DNA from: a virus
Length of the DNA: 64,000 nt
Direction: 5' to 3' (one strand)
IMG/VR virus record: IMGVR_UViG_3300043409_001427
Coordinates: 18,104 to 82,103 of that record
A program made the position numbers and the translations under genes. Below the pieces are notes generated by a model that searched no databases, was not told the origin of the DNA, and saw nothing but the letters and a program-made list of their open reading frames with translations. Shown one piece after another: positions 13,301 through 20,461 of the stretch (position 1 is its first letter; each line of letters begins with the position of its first letter).

Positions 13301-16300
13301 ACTGTGGGAACTTCTTGTTAGAAGTATGGATCCACTGATTTGCTGAATTTTTCTTAATCCTACTGGTATCATACATTAATGCGGCATACCTTGCAGGCTT
13401 AGTTAATGCCATTGCTTTTTGCATGGTAAATGGAAAATAACTACTACGATGCCATGCTACTTTTACAGGACTACGCTCATCAATCTGCCAATCAAGTTGC
13501 TTGCTTTCATCTGTCATTCCAGTAATCAACGCTTCGGGACTCAGTAAATTGCCACTACTATCTACAGGAATGATGTTATTAAAACCATTAGAACGAACGA
13601 ACAACGGATTTACAACACCGTTAACTCGACCATGTTGAATATCGGACCACATTACTAGATTACCACCAGTGTACGGAGCAGGTCCGTATAGGTCCTCCCA
13701 CCAATTTGGTTTTTCCGATAGTCCCAACATTTCCCAAGGACATGTATGAGGACGCTCGGTATCATATAGTTTGTCTAGTATACCCCTCCAACTTCCATTA
13801 AAGGTTATTCCAGTTGATATATTTCTAGTGTTATAAAAATTCCAAGTTTTTGAATTATTAGGATCAAATGTAGTATTTGGAATTGGTTTTAATCCAAACT
13901 TTGCTGTCCAAGTTGAAAAATCACGAGAGGTAATAGTGTTAAAATAATTGCCGCCATACCCGTCCGGCATACTTCTCCATGGGCGTTGTCTAATTGAGTC
14001 AATAGCTAAGATATCATCTCTATACTCAACCTTGATATTATTATAAATCCTTTTTTCTAATTCAAGTATAATCGCATCCCTATAGTCTTCGTAGGCTATT
14101 ATGATACTACCATCATGTCCTTGGATCACCGTTTGGGGAGTTGCATATACATCGTCAACAAAGATGTCAGGTTTGAATTTAGAATATAACCCTAATTTAG
14201 TAGGAGTAGGTGGTATGTAGCAACCTTCGGTATCTTTGTATTCATTTATAACTAGCTCATCGCCGACTTCTAACGGTACTAATATTTCTACACTGTCAAT
14301 AGTACTATCAAATAGGTAATCAGTGCCGTGAAGTAATTGTTCGCCGTCTAAATAAACATAGATAGCCTTTAACGAAAGGTTAGTTAAATTAAAACTATCA
14401 GTTGACAATGGATAAATTGTGTTATTTGAATTTGTTACTATCCAAGTTTTAGAATGTTCCGGGGTTCCGTAACCTGCCATATCTGTTAGATAGTAAGGAT
14501 CCTGACTAGATTTATACTGATTTAACTCAGTTAAAATTTGATCTACGGCGGCGCTTGCAGATAACTGATCGCTAACTTGTAGCATCTTGTTTAAAAATGC
14601 TAGTTTAAAATTATTATAATTTTCAGCAGACTTGTCTATCGCATTAATCAGATCAGTTTCTCTACCTCCCAAAAACATCTGTGCAAACGATAACGGATTT
14701 GAACTTGAAATTAGTTTAGTTCCAAGGTTAGAAAAATCTTCACGATCTCTTAAATTTCCATCATAGTCCTCTATTCGATTAGTCATCGATAGCACATGTT
14801 CAGTTAATTCACTAATCGTAAATTTTTCTACAATGCCATTTAATGGATTATTTGTTAACCCAAGAGGTTCTTCATAATAACTTGTGATGCCTGTAGCAGT
14901 TGACGCCAATACCGGTATTTCATATACTGATGTTTCTACCCAAGAATTCTTAAGTTGATTGTCAATCTTAATAAATCCAATATTTGAATTGATATTATAA
15001 CTAGGAACACCGATTTGACTAAGGACAATTGTTTCAATAGCTAGGTTGTTATCAAATAATATACTGCCAATTGCATTTAAATTCTTATACGCAATAGGAA
15101 ATCCTAGATAGGGATCATCGTTACCGGTACCCGCAGTGTAACTAAAAATTTTGTTACCACTAAAGTTACTTAGATAATAATTTTTATCTGAATAACTGTT
15201 TCCGTTTTCGTCAAACAGATCAAATAATGGAGATTGATTAAGTGTATCTCTTTGCTGAGAACTGACCCAGATCGTTCCATCAAACCGCCAATCAGTGCTA
15301 TTATTTTCATCCCCTAATAAAATAGTAACTGTAGCATCGGTTAGAGGATCATAATCATAAGCAGGTTGTAAGGTTAAAGTTCTAACCCCTTGAATAAAAA
15401 CAAAGTGAATCTCAAATATCTTTCCTTTCACATTGGGGTCGTCAATGGCATTAAAAATAACTCGATGTCCCTCTTCTAACTCAATTCCATCAACATAGGT
15501 TGCCATAGTAGTACCGGCAATTGTATCAAATGGATCCGTCGTGCTAGTGTCAAGAAGATCAACTGGATCAATACCAACTGTTCCAAAATTAAACAATTTA
15601 ATATTAGGCTTAAATTCAATAATAGGGCGTTGGGCTCTATTCTGAGAAAAGTCTGGTTCTACTCCGTTAACTAATGCGCTTGTCCGTATTACATCCTTAT
15701 GAACCCATCGGTTGTATCGACTCCACGGATTAAGGTCGGTGCTGGCTCGATTAATTGTTACATATTCTGCATACAGTATTGGTAATTCTCTATCATTATC
15801 AAATGGTAGAGTATCAAATCCGTAAGAATCAAATCCGTCCGGATAAGAACTCATAAATTTTTCGGAAACTAATAACCGATCTAACGGAATTAATTTAATA
15901 CTGGTTCCAACACCTTCTACGAAAAAGGCCCGATTATGGTATGTGTCATTAACTTCTTGACCTAAAAATTCTAACATCATACCATTTGACAGATTAATTA
16001 AAGTGCTAGTTCCCGTAGTTGTTAACACTTCTACCGATGCATTAACTTGTCCTTCAATTTCTGTTTCAACATCTAAGTATTCGGTTGTTACAGATAACAC
16101 TTCAGGACCTTGAGGCATCCAATAGTAATTTTGATAGTTAACTAATTTGTCCCAATCAATATGCGGAGTATATGAATAGGCCTCTGTTCTAAATAGATAA
16201 TCTAAATTATCAATATTTGCACCCTTAGATTTTAGTGCATTTAAAAGGTCATCATATCCTTGTACAGTTTTTATATTTTCTAAATTATCATATATAATAA

Positions 16301-16517
16301 ATGCAGGAGATAATTGATAAGGGTTACTATTAGAAATATAAATATCGGCTGTTGAATTATATGTAGGGGTTAGTGTTGAACCTACATATCCATCTAATCT
16401 TTCTAGTTGGGGTTTTTGTATAAGTTGGTCAAGGGTACTTGTTAAGAATTTTTTATTTCTTTCAGTTTTTAAAAATTCAGGTAATAGACTAACTGCGCTA
16501 ATTTTTTTATCTGCCAT
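4395..16517 (-). CDS. Giant (4040 aa) baseplate wedge-like protein (gp7-like position)
   Basis: Follows the gp6-like gene. It has an N-terminal LLPEFLK..KFL..LDQL, a wedge-type FIREKGTQNAISKL motif and FG-GAP-like repeats at ~9700-10815. Confidence 0.7.
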   Translation of the reverse strand: MADKKISAVSLLPEFLKTERNKKFLTSTLDQLIQKPQLERLDGYVGSTLTPTYNSTADIYISNSNPYQLSPAFIIYDNLENIKTVQGYDDLLNALKSKGANIDNLDYLFRTEAYSYTPHIDWDKLVNYQNYYWMPQGPEVLSVTTEYLDVETEIEGQVNASVEVLTTTGTSTLINLSNGMMLEFLGQEVNDTYHNRAFFVEGVGTSIKLIPLDRLLVSEKFMSSYPDGFDSYGFDTLPFDNDRELPILYAEYVTINRASTDLNPWSRYNRWVHKDVIRTSALVNGVEPDFSQNRAQRPIIEFKPNIKLFNFGTVGIDPVDLLDTSTTDPFDTIAGTTMATYVDGIELEEGHRVIFNAIDDPNVKGKIFEIHFVFIQGVRTLTLQPAYDYDPLTDATVTILLGDENNSTDWRFDGTIWVSSQQRDTLNQSPLFDLFDENGNSYSDKNYYLSNFSGNKIFSYTAGTGNDDPYLGFPIAYKNLNAIGSILFDNNLAIETIVLSQIGVPSYNINSNIGFIKIDNQLKNSWVETSVYEIPVLASTATGITSYYEEPLGLTNNPLNGIVEKFTISELTEHVLSMTNRIEDYDGNLRDREDFSNLGTKLISSSNPLSFAQMFLGGRETDLINAIDKSAENYNNFKLAFLNKMLQVSDQLSASAAVDQILTELNQYKSSQDPYYLTDMAGYGTPEHSKTWIVTNSNNTIYPLSTDSFNLTNLSLKAIYVYLDGEQLLHGTDYLFDSTIDSVEILVPLEVGDELVINEYKDTEGCYIPPTPTKLGLYSKFKPDIFVDDVYATPQTVIQGHDGSIIIAYEDYRDAIILELEKRIYNNIKVEYRDDILAIDSIRQRPWRSMPDGYGGNYFNTITSRDFSTWTAKFGLKPIPNTTFDPNNSKTWNFYNTRNISTGITFNGSWRGILDKLYDTERPHTCPWEMLGLSEKPNWWEDLYGPAPYTGGNLVMWSDIQHGRVNGVVNPLFVRSNGFNNIIPVDSSGNLLSPEALITGMTDESKQLDWQIDERSPVKVAWHRSSYFPFTMQKAMALTKPARYAALMYDTSRIKKNSANQWIHTSNKKFPQLAEMFIHNENKTQTSGYSVFLSEIGMQEDKDYIKNLRQDLTYASYNLIYKLNGFADKDTLQIIVDAYAPTSTSPGSILPSQNYKLRLNVGNPILSVTASGMIIERTRSGYNISGYDRSGYFNIFKPIRNLGTTFITVGGETVSYVVWAPSRTASATGLNSVDTTSASSAPVGNFYKTGQYVQYGSDFYVTKVGHRAGNVFNVEYFQKVPRLPTEGGASVQVAVAFESTVTPIEYGTTFSSIQEIYDVIIGYGRWLESRGFVFSEYNIDLDSVLDWNLSAKEFLFWSTQPWATGSIITLSPFSDKVVYKSSNAVVDNLFQSYEVLRADKSVFLKTDLNISRDDGTCTIATAPNSDGIYFIQLNLVQKEHVIIFDNNTIFNDVIYKLETGSRQRRIKLVGFRTANWNGDYFSPGFVYDTAEIVDWVPNTPYTAGTTVRFNGKYYSAIRNIERRSSFDFNQWAVLDKKPEPALLPNFDYKISQFEDFYSLDSDNFDEGQQRLSQHLTGYTPRVYLNNIFPNTISQYKFYQGFIREKGTQNAISKLAKASSSVLRGNISYNEEWAFRVGNFGSFPTYQEIETPLIEGTFLENPQIIKFVSEVPAASANDLIHYTLSSNLTISPPNYNPANTFNTTSTEDILLLQHSGYVRSVDVTATAYNEDSLLDIANSNQLKDGNTVWVGFKKDGSWDVLRYTYNPALLIGVFVAEPAKSITFTSQYPHNLSVGQIIGVSQFNEQVNGIHTVIAIPSANRFTVASSLANIRDAELLSPGQLYVFASARLSSFDNLPSDQELYRLPAGTKYWIDNSGSWEVYEKINNYSSTSYVELGIPAEPHLGSAISQRKGSNIVVVGSPDNYRGAQYGNIWVYDTDSNGTFGPLVKYRFGADYLNQPSGFGSVIVYDDIPFTGSNYGTIFAGAPLAFSNQGIVQIDAIDSRSLIVKTTAYINSPNTDSVTKFGSSIFVERNATTKLVLVGAENAVYSYTVSDNAGTITISSGTPLITEKTVNAIAGTDNASFIAVGLAGTVEIYNKSLTKILTLTGSDSKFGTALSMSPLGEYLFVSSPTEVNDDYSLGKVFVYKNSNGTFVLDQTITNPVIGEGMEFGIVIDVTESTDMLAISATGIQHTLPTTFDNSLMTFDGGITKIKGTETGSGSVYLYQRSDSRFVYGQELSDAYIYSTPGTNYGSSLTVDDTMICVGFPALDNSNADSGFLKFERTSSEKYPWDKIVTQDDFVDTTYLKRIALINTEEEQIIEYLDIYDPLKGKVPGIAEQELSFKLVSDPAIYSIGVAGTNNDTEKNWLDEYVGKLWWDLSTAKYIWYEQGDLEYRKNNWGKLFPGATIDIYEWVRSTLLPSEWASQSDTSSGLSQGISGQPKFPDNSVISVKQVYDSVTNSYSNVYYYWVKNKVLVPDRKDRRISAYAVASAIADPTAYGLRFISIIDKDAIMLSNLGNVPVDSKISINIAKDLEITTTPRHTQWILLKEDSDEDMPPAIFEKKLLDSLLGHDELGNLVPNPELSDRVRYGLGVRPQQTLFKDRMEALRNLVEFSNNVLLTVPITNNYSFKNLNAQEEIPNKHLNEYDHLVEDNSALEIISTAGFERGSINCIVDENGSVASVTIAEPGFGYGTENPIKDITGTVIGYEGPVLTEISNDTVFDNGSTTFDSQLTSFKDSTINSYGSGLRIQTMVDAQGQFIHASVITGGKNFASGFTFKTRPHTVFVQSDDTYNGKWTRYEWDYVELTWVRAHTQSFNTTLYWDYIDWTSTDYKSYQIYSAVVGSPYELSEISLRPNEYVKVNNGGDGNYIVLNKLENGVRGTYGPEYDIVFKQNGTIQINSSIWDVKNSGLGWDYLNTYDETLWDQTPDTEIRYIFTALKNDIFINELKSKWNLLFFTAVRYALTEQKMLDWAFKTSFISVINTAGDLTQPPVYKLQDSAFYESYINEVKPYHTQIREFTNKYSVTEKSNTEVVEQDRTTSVTMKFDRITSMSESGEFGTSDMFIANGVATEFLLNWVPNANKSSITVRVDGRLYLSSEFTIRYFTDLYNGYHKKYANLVFFDEEPIANGSVITISYEKSADLISASDRLLSYYTATSGMVGLDLGQLMYGVDYPGTVVGGQTFYDPRGGIYLDSIVQGGDWQDGVLNSALGVAPNDIIIDGQSGFLTAEAGYAPEENVPGLVVDSLGINVFTRGSSGPAIIYSAKFDTVVSVDTTSYVLSRLPSTIAAISVICNGVELAYTTNELGYDEPYYNLDWDTATLTIPAQSSLGELGYTIVGIGGGSGDAETWGIIDKHIYFAGTETNLIVETVVDFNMIVDSYVTVNGINLEEVVSSSEYGYMLSQTTSTGKCIINLYNLPVSDNHVVQAWFFDESHDYFNEIREQTFIIDSTSTNYPLTLMYPPGISGPQSAQTIVEITDSIGTRRLLAPETDYYTIETTSTGATFNVSLTNIFTEYLSETTIVVYNNGEIVPFAYSLGVVTVNTTTYVGDTVAIETLLPDVVGVANTLTDYAYDYRVDGTELFIAPGAQVPNSDMIESASIRVITYTNHDGLLMHTEKFNGDPNRRFQMSRPVIDDRYVWVTLFKSLGDGLPLQSYPLINSYDFTVLEDNKTVEISDSWVIDPSDFVEIISFISQDVPAELIGYRIFNDMLGGITFTRLSAENSTYLTRNLAVDDDVIYVGDTSVLSPPIEEENIPGIIYINGERIEFTDYTSTTITAFRRGTLGTGPANLYPAGTSVVDQGHWQEIESIENTYIQNTFTSSSTYTYGISTSTELVYYPGTDDLVRSDGITLSVSSDPLAMLESHHLTSNINGKDQVDVYYGGRLLRKAGIYLHDPAVSYDSVPVNHLLGNRTNSSLLPTGVSIGASCRLTSNNEIWTFVGTRSEPGATPGWVYSGTKFLPEEFSINVAGQSIMLNNEVLNVADDVQLTIIKKEFAVTDEWNDKISLFETVPLLDSTSTIATFLKERPAELPNAPIKMA

Positions 16518-16522
16518 GATCC

Positions 16523-19500
16523 TTATCCAACATTAATAAGTGTTGTATTCAATTGTTGTGCTGTGATTGCATCAATCACTGCGATATCCGATGCTCTAGC
16601 ACCGCTAATAAAAATTTCATTACTTTGACATGCTACTTCATATAGGCTACCAAAGTTATTAGCGGTGGGTACTATCACAAAGTTAGTTACATCAGGAGTT
16701 AATAAATTCATTATGTAAGTTGACAATTCACTAAAGTAAAAACTTTGGCCAAAGTCCCATTTTTCTAAAGTAAAGAAGTCATTAATTCCGGCAAGTATCT
16801 TAGAAATAATTTCGTTATTACTTAGAGTACTTGCTGAATTTTTAACTACTTTAAACCTTGCTTGTAAATTCGTAGGAGCAGATGTTCCAAATAATACTTT
16901 ATACTTAACCGGTTGATAAATTATTTCATCGCTAATAGATTTAATTGGTTCTAAATCTCTTGAATAATTATTTTCTAGAGATTGGCTTGATGGAGACATT
17001 GGTTCAGAACCATTCCCAGTTAATAACCAGTTTCTAAAACTTTGATCATACTCAAAGGTTAACATATAAACATCAATTAAATTGCTCTTACTAGGATCAA
17101 TCCTGTATTCTTCACCGCTGTTATGTTGGTAATGAAAGCTCAATTCTTCACGCCCCTGATAAGCAAAGTAGGAAGGAGCCAATACAAATTCATTAAACTC
17201 ATCCACGGTCTTTACAGTATTACTATCTATAAAATAATATAAGAATTCGGCATCCGGGCTTCCACTATAGTAGGTGTTGGCAGCATTTTCTGTTTCAAAG
17301 ACCAAATAATCATTAGAGCTAACAGGAGAAGCACCCATTCCGTCAGTAGTGAATTTAAATAGGGTATAACCGTCTGCGGTTCCGTTGGTATAATTACCAA
17401 CGATAATGTCAAATATATCAGGATCAATTATCTGCCCAATTGTTCCACTATCTTGATGGTTATAAAAACTTACTTCAACTCTAGACGGATCAACATATCC
17501 ATCAAGTTCAATTATAGGGCCATCTATTTGCCATACACAATCTTTTCCAATTGGGGAGGTAGACCCAGTAATGGTATTAATTCCTAATACATTAATTTTA
17601 TCTCGTATAACCGTATTATTTGTAAAATCAAAATTTACATCATTTTTATCTACATAGAAACCGGTCTGGTTTACACTCTGGAACATATATCGGGCCTGCC
17701 TATACAATACCTTATACTCAAATCCTTGCCAAGTAAATGCGACCATCCAACTTGAGTCTTTATTAGTGTTTGAAATGTCGCCTTCATTATCAAAGCTAAA
17801 TTTTTCAACTAAATTTAAATTAGTATCTTCAATGATTTTCCAAGAACGAGTAGTACTGTCAAATCTAATTCCAAAATTGCGCTGTGTTAAGCATAAGTTA
17901 ACGATATTATTTTCAAATGCGTACGACAGTGTTTTAATAAACGCAGGAATAATCTCAATTGGTATAGCACCCTGTCCGGGACGATTTCCTAGTATAATTG
18001 GGCCAGTACCGTCACTTAAATTTCCAGTACCTACATTAGATCCATCGCCGACGACTTGTATTACAGTACTCCATACATGATCAGAAGTCTTGCTTGATGG
18101 TGCTGGAACAATTTTACCATTAGGTAGAAAATACTGAGGATCTCCACTTAGTGTATTAGGTGCTAAAAATTTAATCATTGCGCCCGGTGTTATATATTTT
18201 AAAGAATTAGAAACATAAGAACCAACTGACTGCGGTTCATTAATGGCTAGTGAATTATTCTTAGAATAAAAATATCCGCGACCTTGGCCGGCAACGACAT
18301 TAGAAGAATTCCATTGATAATTTATATTTTCTAAATTTGAATTTAATATTACAGGTTTCCCAGATCTATATTTGTCATGATAATAAGTTAGTAAAGAATT
18401 ATTTGAAAAAATAGGTTCTAGTTGTTTTTTGATTACTGAAAAAATATCATTTTTAGAATAATAAGAAAAACTAAAATTATTTTCAGTAAGTTCTTTAAAA
18501 ATAATACCATCAGTTCCAAAGATATTAGTAGAACTGTACTTTCCACTAACATCACTTAATTCAAAATATTTACTAACTCCGCTACTTTCCCTATTAATAC
18601 TCTTAACTTTTAATATGTTAGAAGTTAATGTTAATGGAGCGATATTATAGTCTTCACCGGTAACCATCCTGTTTTGTAGATAGTATGTTTGCGGGGCATT
18701 TCTCTGTATACTAGCATTAGATTCAGTACCTGAACTATTACTAACGGTATCCTGCAGAGCAAGTGTGACTGTTAATATGTGACTCTGCCCGCTTTTATTA
18801 GAATACGGAATATCAAGAGACACTCCAGCCAATTGCTCAGATTTAATTGAATAAGACAATCCGTTGCTTTGTCGATAAAACAATACGAAGTTTCCTTTGG
18901 GTAAATCTCCAAAATTACCATCCGAAAAGTTTAAATCAACTTGGTCGCCGTCTCTATTTGTGATACTATATGTTTTTCTAATACTACTATTCAAACTATT
19001 GAATATGATATTATTTCCTACTAATGCCGGTATTTTAGTCCAAGTGTCTGATGGATACGAACCGTCAGTATCCAACTGCCATAACCAAACATCGGTGTCG
19101 TTAATATTAGAAACATTGATTCCAATAATTTCATTTGGTACAGGATTAGTAACCGAAAATGTGTTTACTCCTATCGAGCCTTGCTTAAACATCGCAAAGA
19201 ATCCCGTATTTGAACTGCCGGTGCCTTGATTATCATTTTGATAAACAATACTAAACATACCGTTAGGCTTGGGTGGAGATTCATATAGATAAGACTTTCC
19301 ACTAAATGTAGCTGGAACAATTTCAAAATTCATTGAAGTTCCGTTAATATTTTTTAAGAAGCTATAAACAGACACATCCTCGTTAGTTGTATCGAGTTGA
19401 TATTGCTCGGTTAATATTCCACTAATTACATTTCGGTCGTTAGGTCTTCCAAACACAGTTTCACCTACCATTGAAGAATTTAAAATACTAGTAAATTGAT

Positions 19501-19960
19501 CATACCAATTAGGATTTGATGTGTCATTCCATGCAATCGTTGTATTCGCTAAATTAATTCCCGAGCTGTCAATTACATTGTCAGTTGTACTAATTGCGGT
19601 CATTTTAAGAAGGCCAGTTGCGGCCCTATTTCTTTTTGGAACATAGCTTACTAACTGTGCGAGGCGCAAAATACTGTCTCGGCGTTTTGCTGTTTCAAGA
19701 AAATTCTCACGAGCATTTAGGTCAATACGGAAACTTAGATTTTGTCCTAGGTAAGCAATCACATCAACAAGTGCAATAAACTCACTACTGTCTATATAAT
19801 CATTAAAATCTTCGGGGTAGTTTTCCTGCAGATAAGAAATTAAAATCCTTCGAATGGTCTCAAAGTCGTAACTTTGGAAGTCGGCATTTCGAAAAGACTG
19901 ATAGATTTTAGTCCAATCTTCAGTAACTAGTAGTTTTGTATTTGTTGAAGGAATAGTCAT
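16523..19960 (-). CDS. gp6: Baseplate wedge subunit, T4 gp6-like
   Basis: DFETIR..L..YL, F.DY..SS....L.D..AY, ENFLETA.RR.SI..LA..V.Y.P, FSDG.FG.LP, QNRMVTGEDY and DFGQSFY.SEL. Confidence 0.9.
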   Translation of the reverse strand: MTIPSTNTKLLVTEDWTKIYQSFRNADFQSYDFETIRRILISYLQENYPEDFNDYIDSSEFIALVDVIAYLGQNLSFRIDLNARENFLETAKRRDSILRLAQLVSYVPKRNRAATGLLKMTAISTTDNVIDSSGINLANTTIAWNDTSNPNWYDQFTSILNSSMVGETVFGRPNDRNVISGILTEQYQLDTTNEDVSVYSFLKNINGTSMNFEIVPATFSGKSYLYESPPKPNGMFSIVYQNDNQGTGSSNTGFFAMFKQGSIGVNTFSVTNPVPNEIIGINVSNINDTDVWLWQLDTDGSYPSDTWTKIPALVGNNIIFNSLNSSIRKTYSITNRDGDQVDLNFSDGNFGDLPKGNFVLFYRQSNGLSYSIKSEQLAGVSLDIPYSNKSGQSHILTVTLALQDTVSNSSGTESNASIQRNAPQTYYLQNRMVTGEDYNIAPLTLTSNILKVKSINRESSGVSKYFELSDVSGKYSSTNIFGTDGIIFKELTENNFSFSYYSKNDIFSVIKKQLEPIFSNNSLLTYYHDKYRSGKPVILNSNLENINYQWNSSNVVAGQGRGYFYSKNNSLAINEPQSVGSYVSNSLKYITPGAMIKFLAPNTLSGDPQYFLPNGKIVPAPSSKTSDHVWSTVIQVVGDGSNVGTGNLSDGTGPIILGNRPGQGAIPIEIIPAFIKTLSYAFENNIVNLCLTQRNFGIRFDSTTRSWKIIEDTNLNLVEKFSFDNEGDISNTNKDSSWMVAFTWQGFEYKVLYRQARYMFQSVNQTGFYVDKNDVNFDFTNNTVIRDKINVLGINTITGSTSPIGKDCVWQIDGPIIELDGYVDPSRVEVSFYNHQDSGTIGQIIDPDIFDIIVGNYTNGTADGYTLFKFTTDGMGASPVSSNDYLVFETENAANTYYSGSPDAEFLYYFIDSNTVKTVDEFNEFVLAPSYFAYQGREELSFHYQHNSGEEYRIDPSKSNLIDVYMLTFEYDQSFRNWLLTGNGSEPMSPSSQSLENNYSRDLEPIKSISDEIIYQPVKYKVLFGTSAPTNLQARFKVVKNSASTLSNNEIISKILAGINDFFTLEKWDFGQSFYFSELSTYIMNLLTPDVTNFVIVPTANNFGSLYEVACQSNEIFISGARASDIAVIDAITAQQLNTTLINVG

Positions 19961-20005
19961 AATTTTATTTTATACCTTATTTATTTTATTCATTAACTGA
20001 GCATA

Positions 20006-20443
20006 TTATTGTACGCTAAGTCCAATATGTTGATCAAAGGATAATCTTAAAACACTTGACTGGTCTGTTCCATTTAGGAGAAGCGCAACTTCGATAATAT
20101 ATCCTGTTGGGTATTCTGTTAAATTTATTTGTGTAGGTGTAACCCGGGGGTCACTGTTACAAATTGCTGTTATATCATCATTAAGAGCATGGCGAACCTC
20201 GGGTGTCATTGGTTCCATTAGCACATCCCAAACAATACTACCAAAGTTTGGATTCATAACACGCTCGCCCTTTCTTGTATTAAACTGATTAATAATGTCT
20301 TGTTTTATTAGTTCTAAGTCAAATAGCTTGGCGGTAGTATTGCTAGGATTAACACTACTAAACCCTTTATAGAAATGACTAACTTGTTGAACCTGTTCAA
20401 CAATAGCATTGGCATTATTAATTTCAATTGATTTGTATGGCAT
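20006..20443 (-). CDS. gp25: Baseplate wedge subunit, gp25-like (GPW/gp25)
   Basis: LIKQDIIN.F.TRKGERVMNPNFGS..WD.L.EP and DPRV. Confidence 0.92.
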   Translation of the reverse strand: MPYKSIEINNANAIVEQVQQVSHFYKGFSSVNPSNTTAKLFDLELIKQDIINQFNTRKGERVMNPNFGSIVWDVLMEPMTPEVRHALNDDITAICNSDPRVTPTQINLTEYPTGYIIEVALLLNGTDQSSVLRLSFDQHIGLSVQ

Positions 20444-20461
20444 GATTGTATTTATTTGTCC

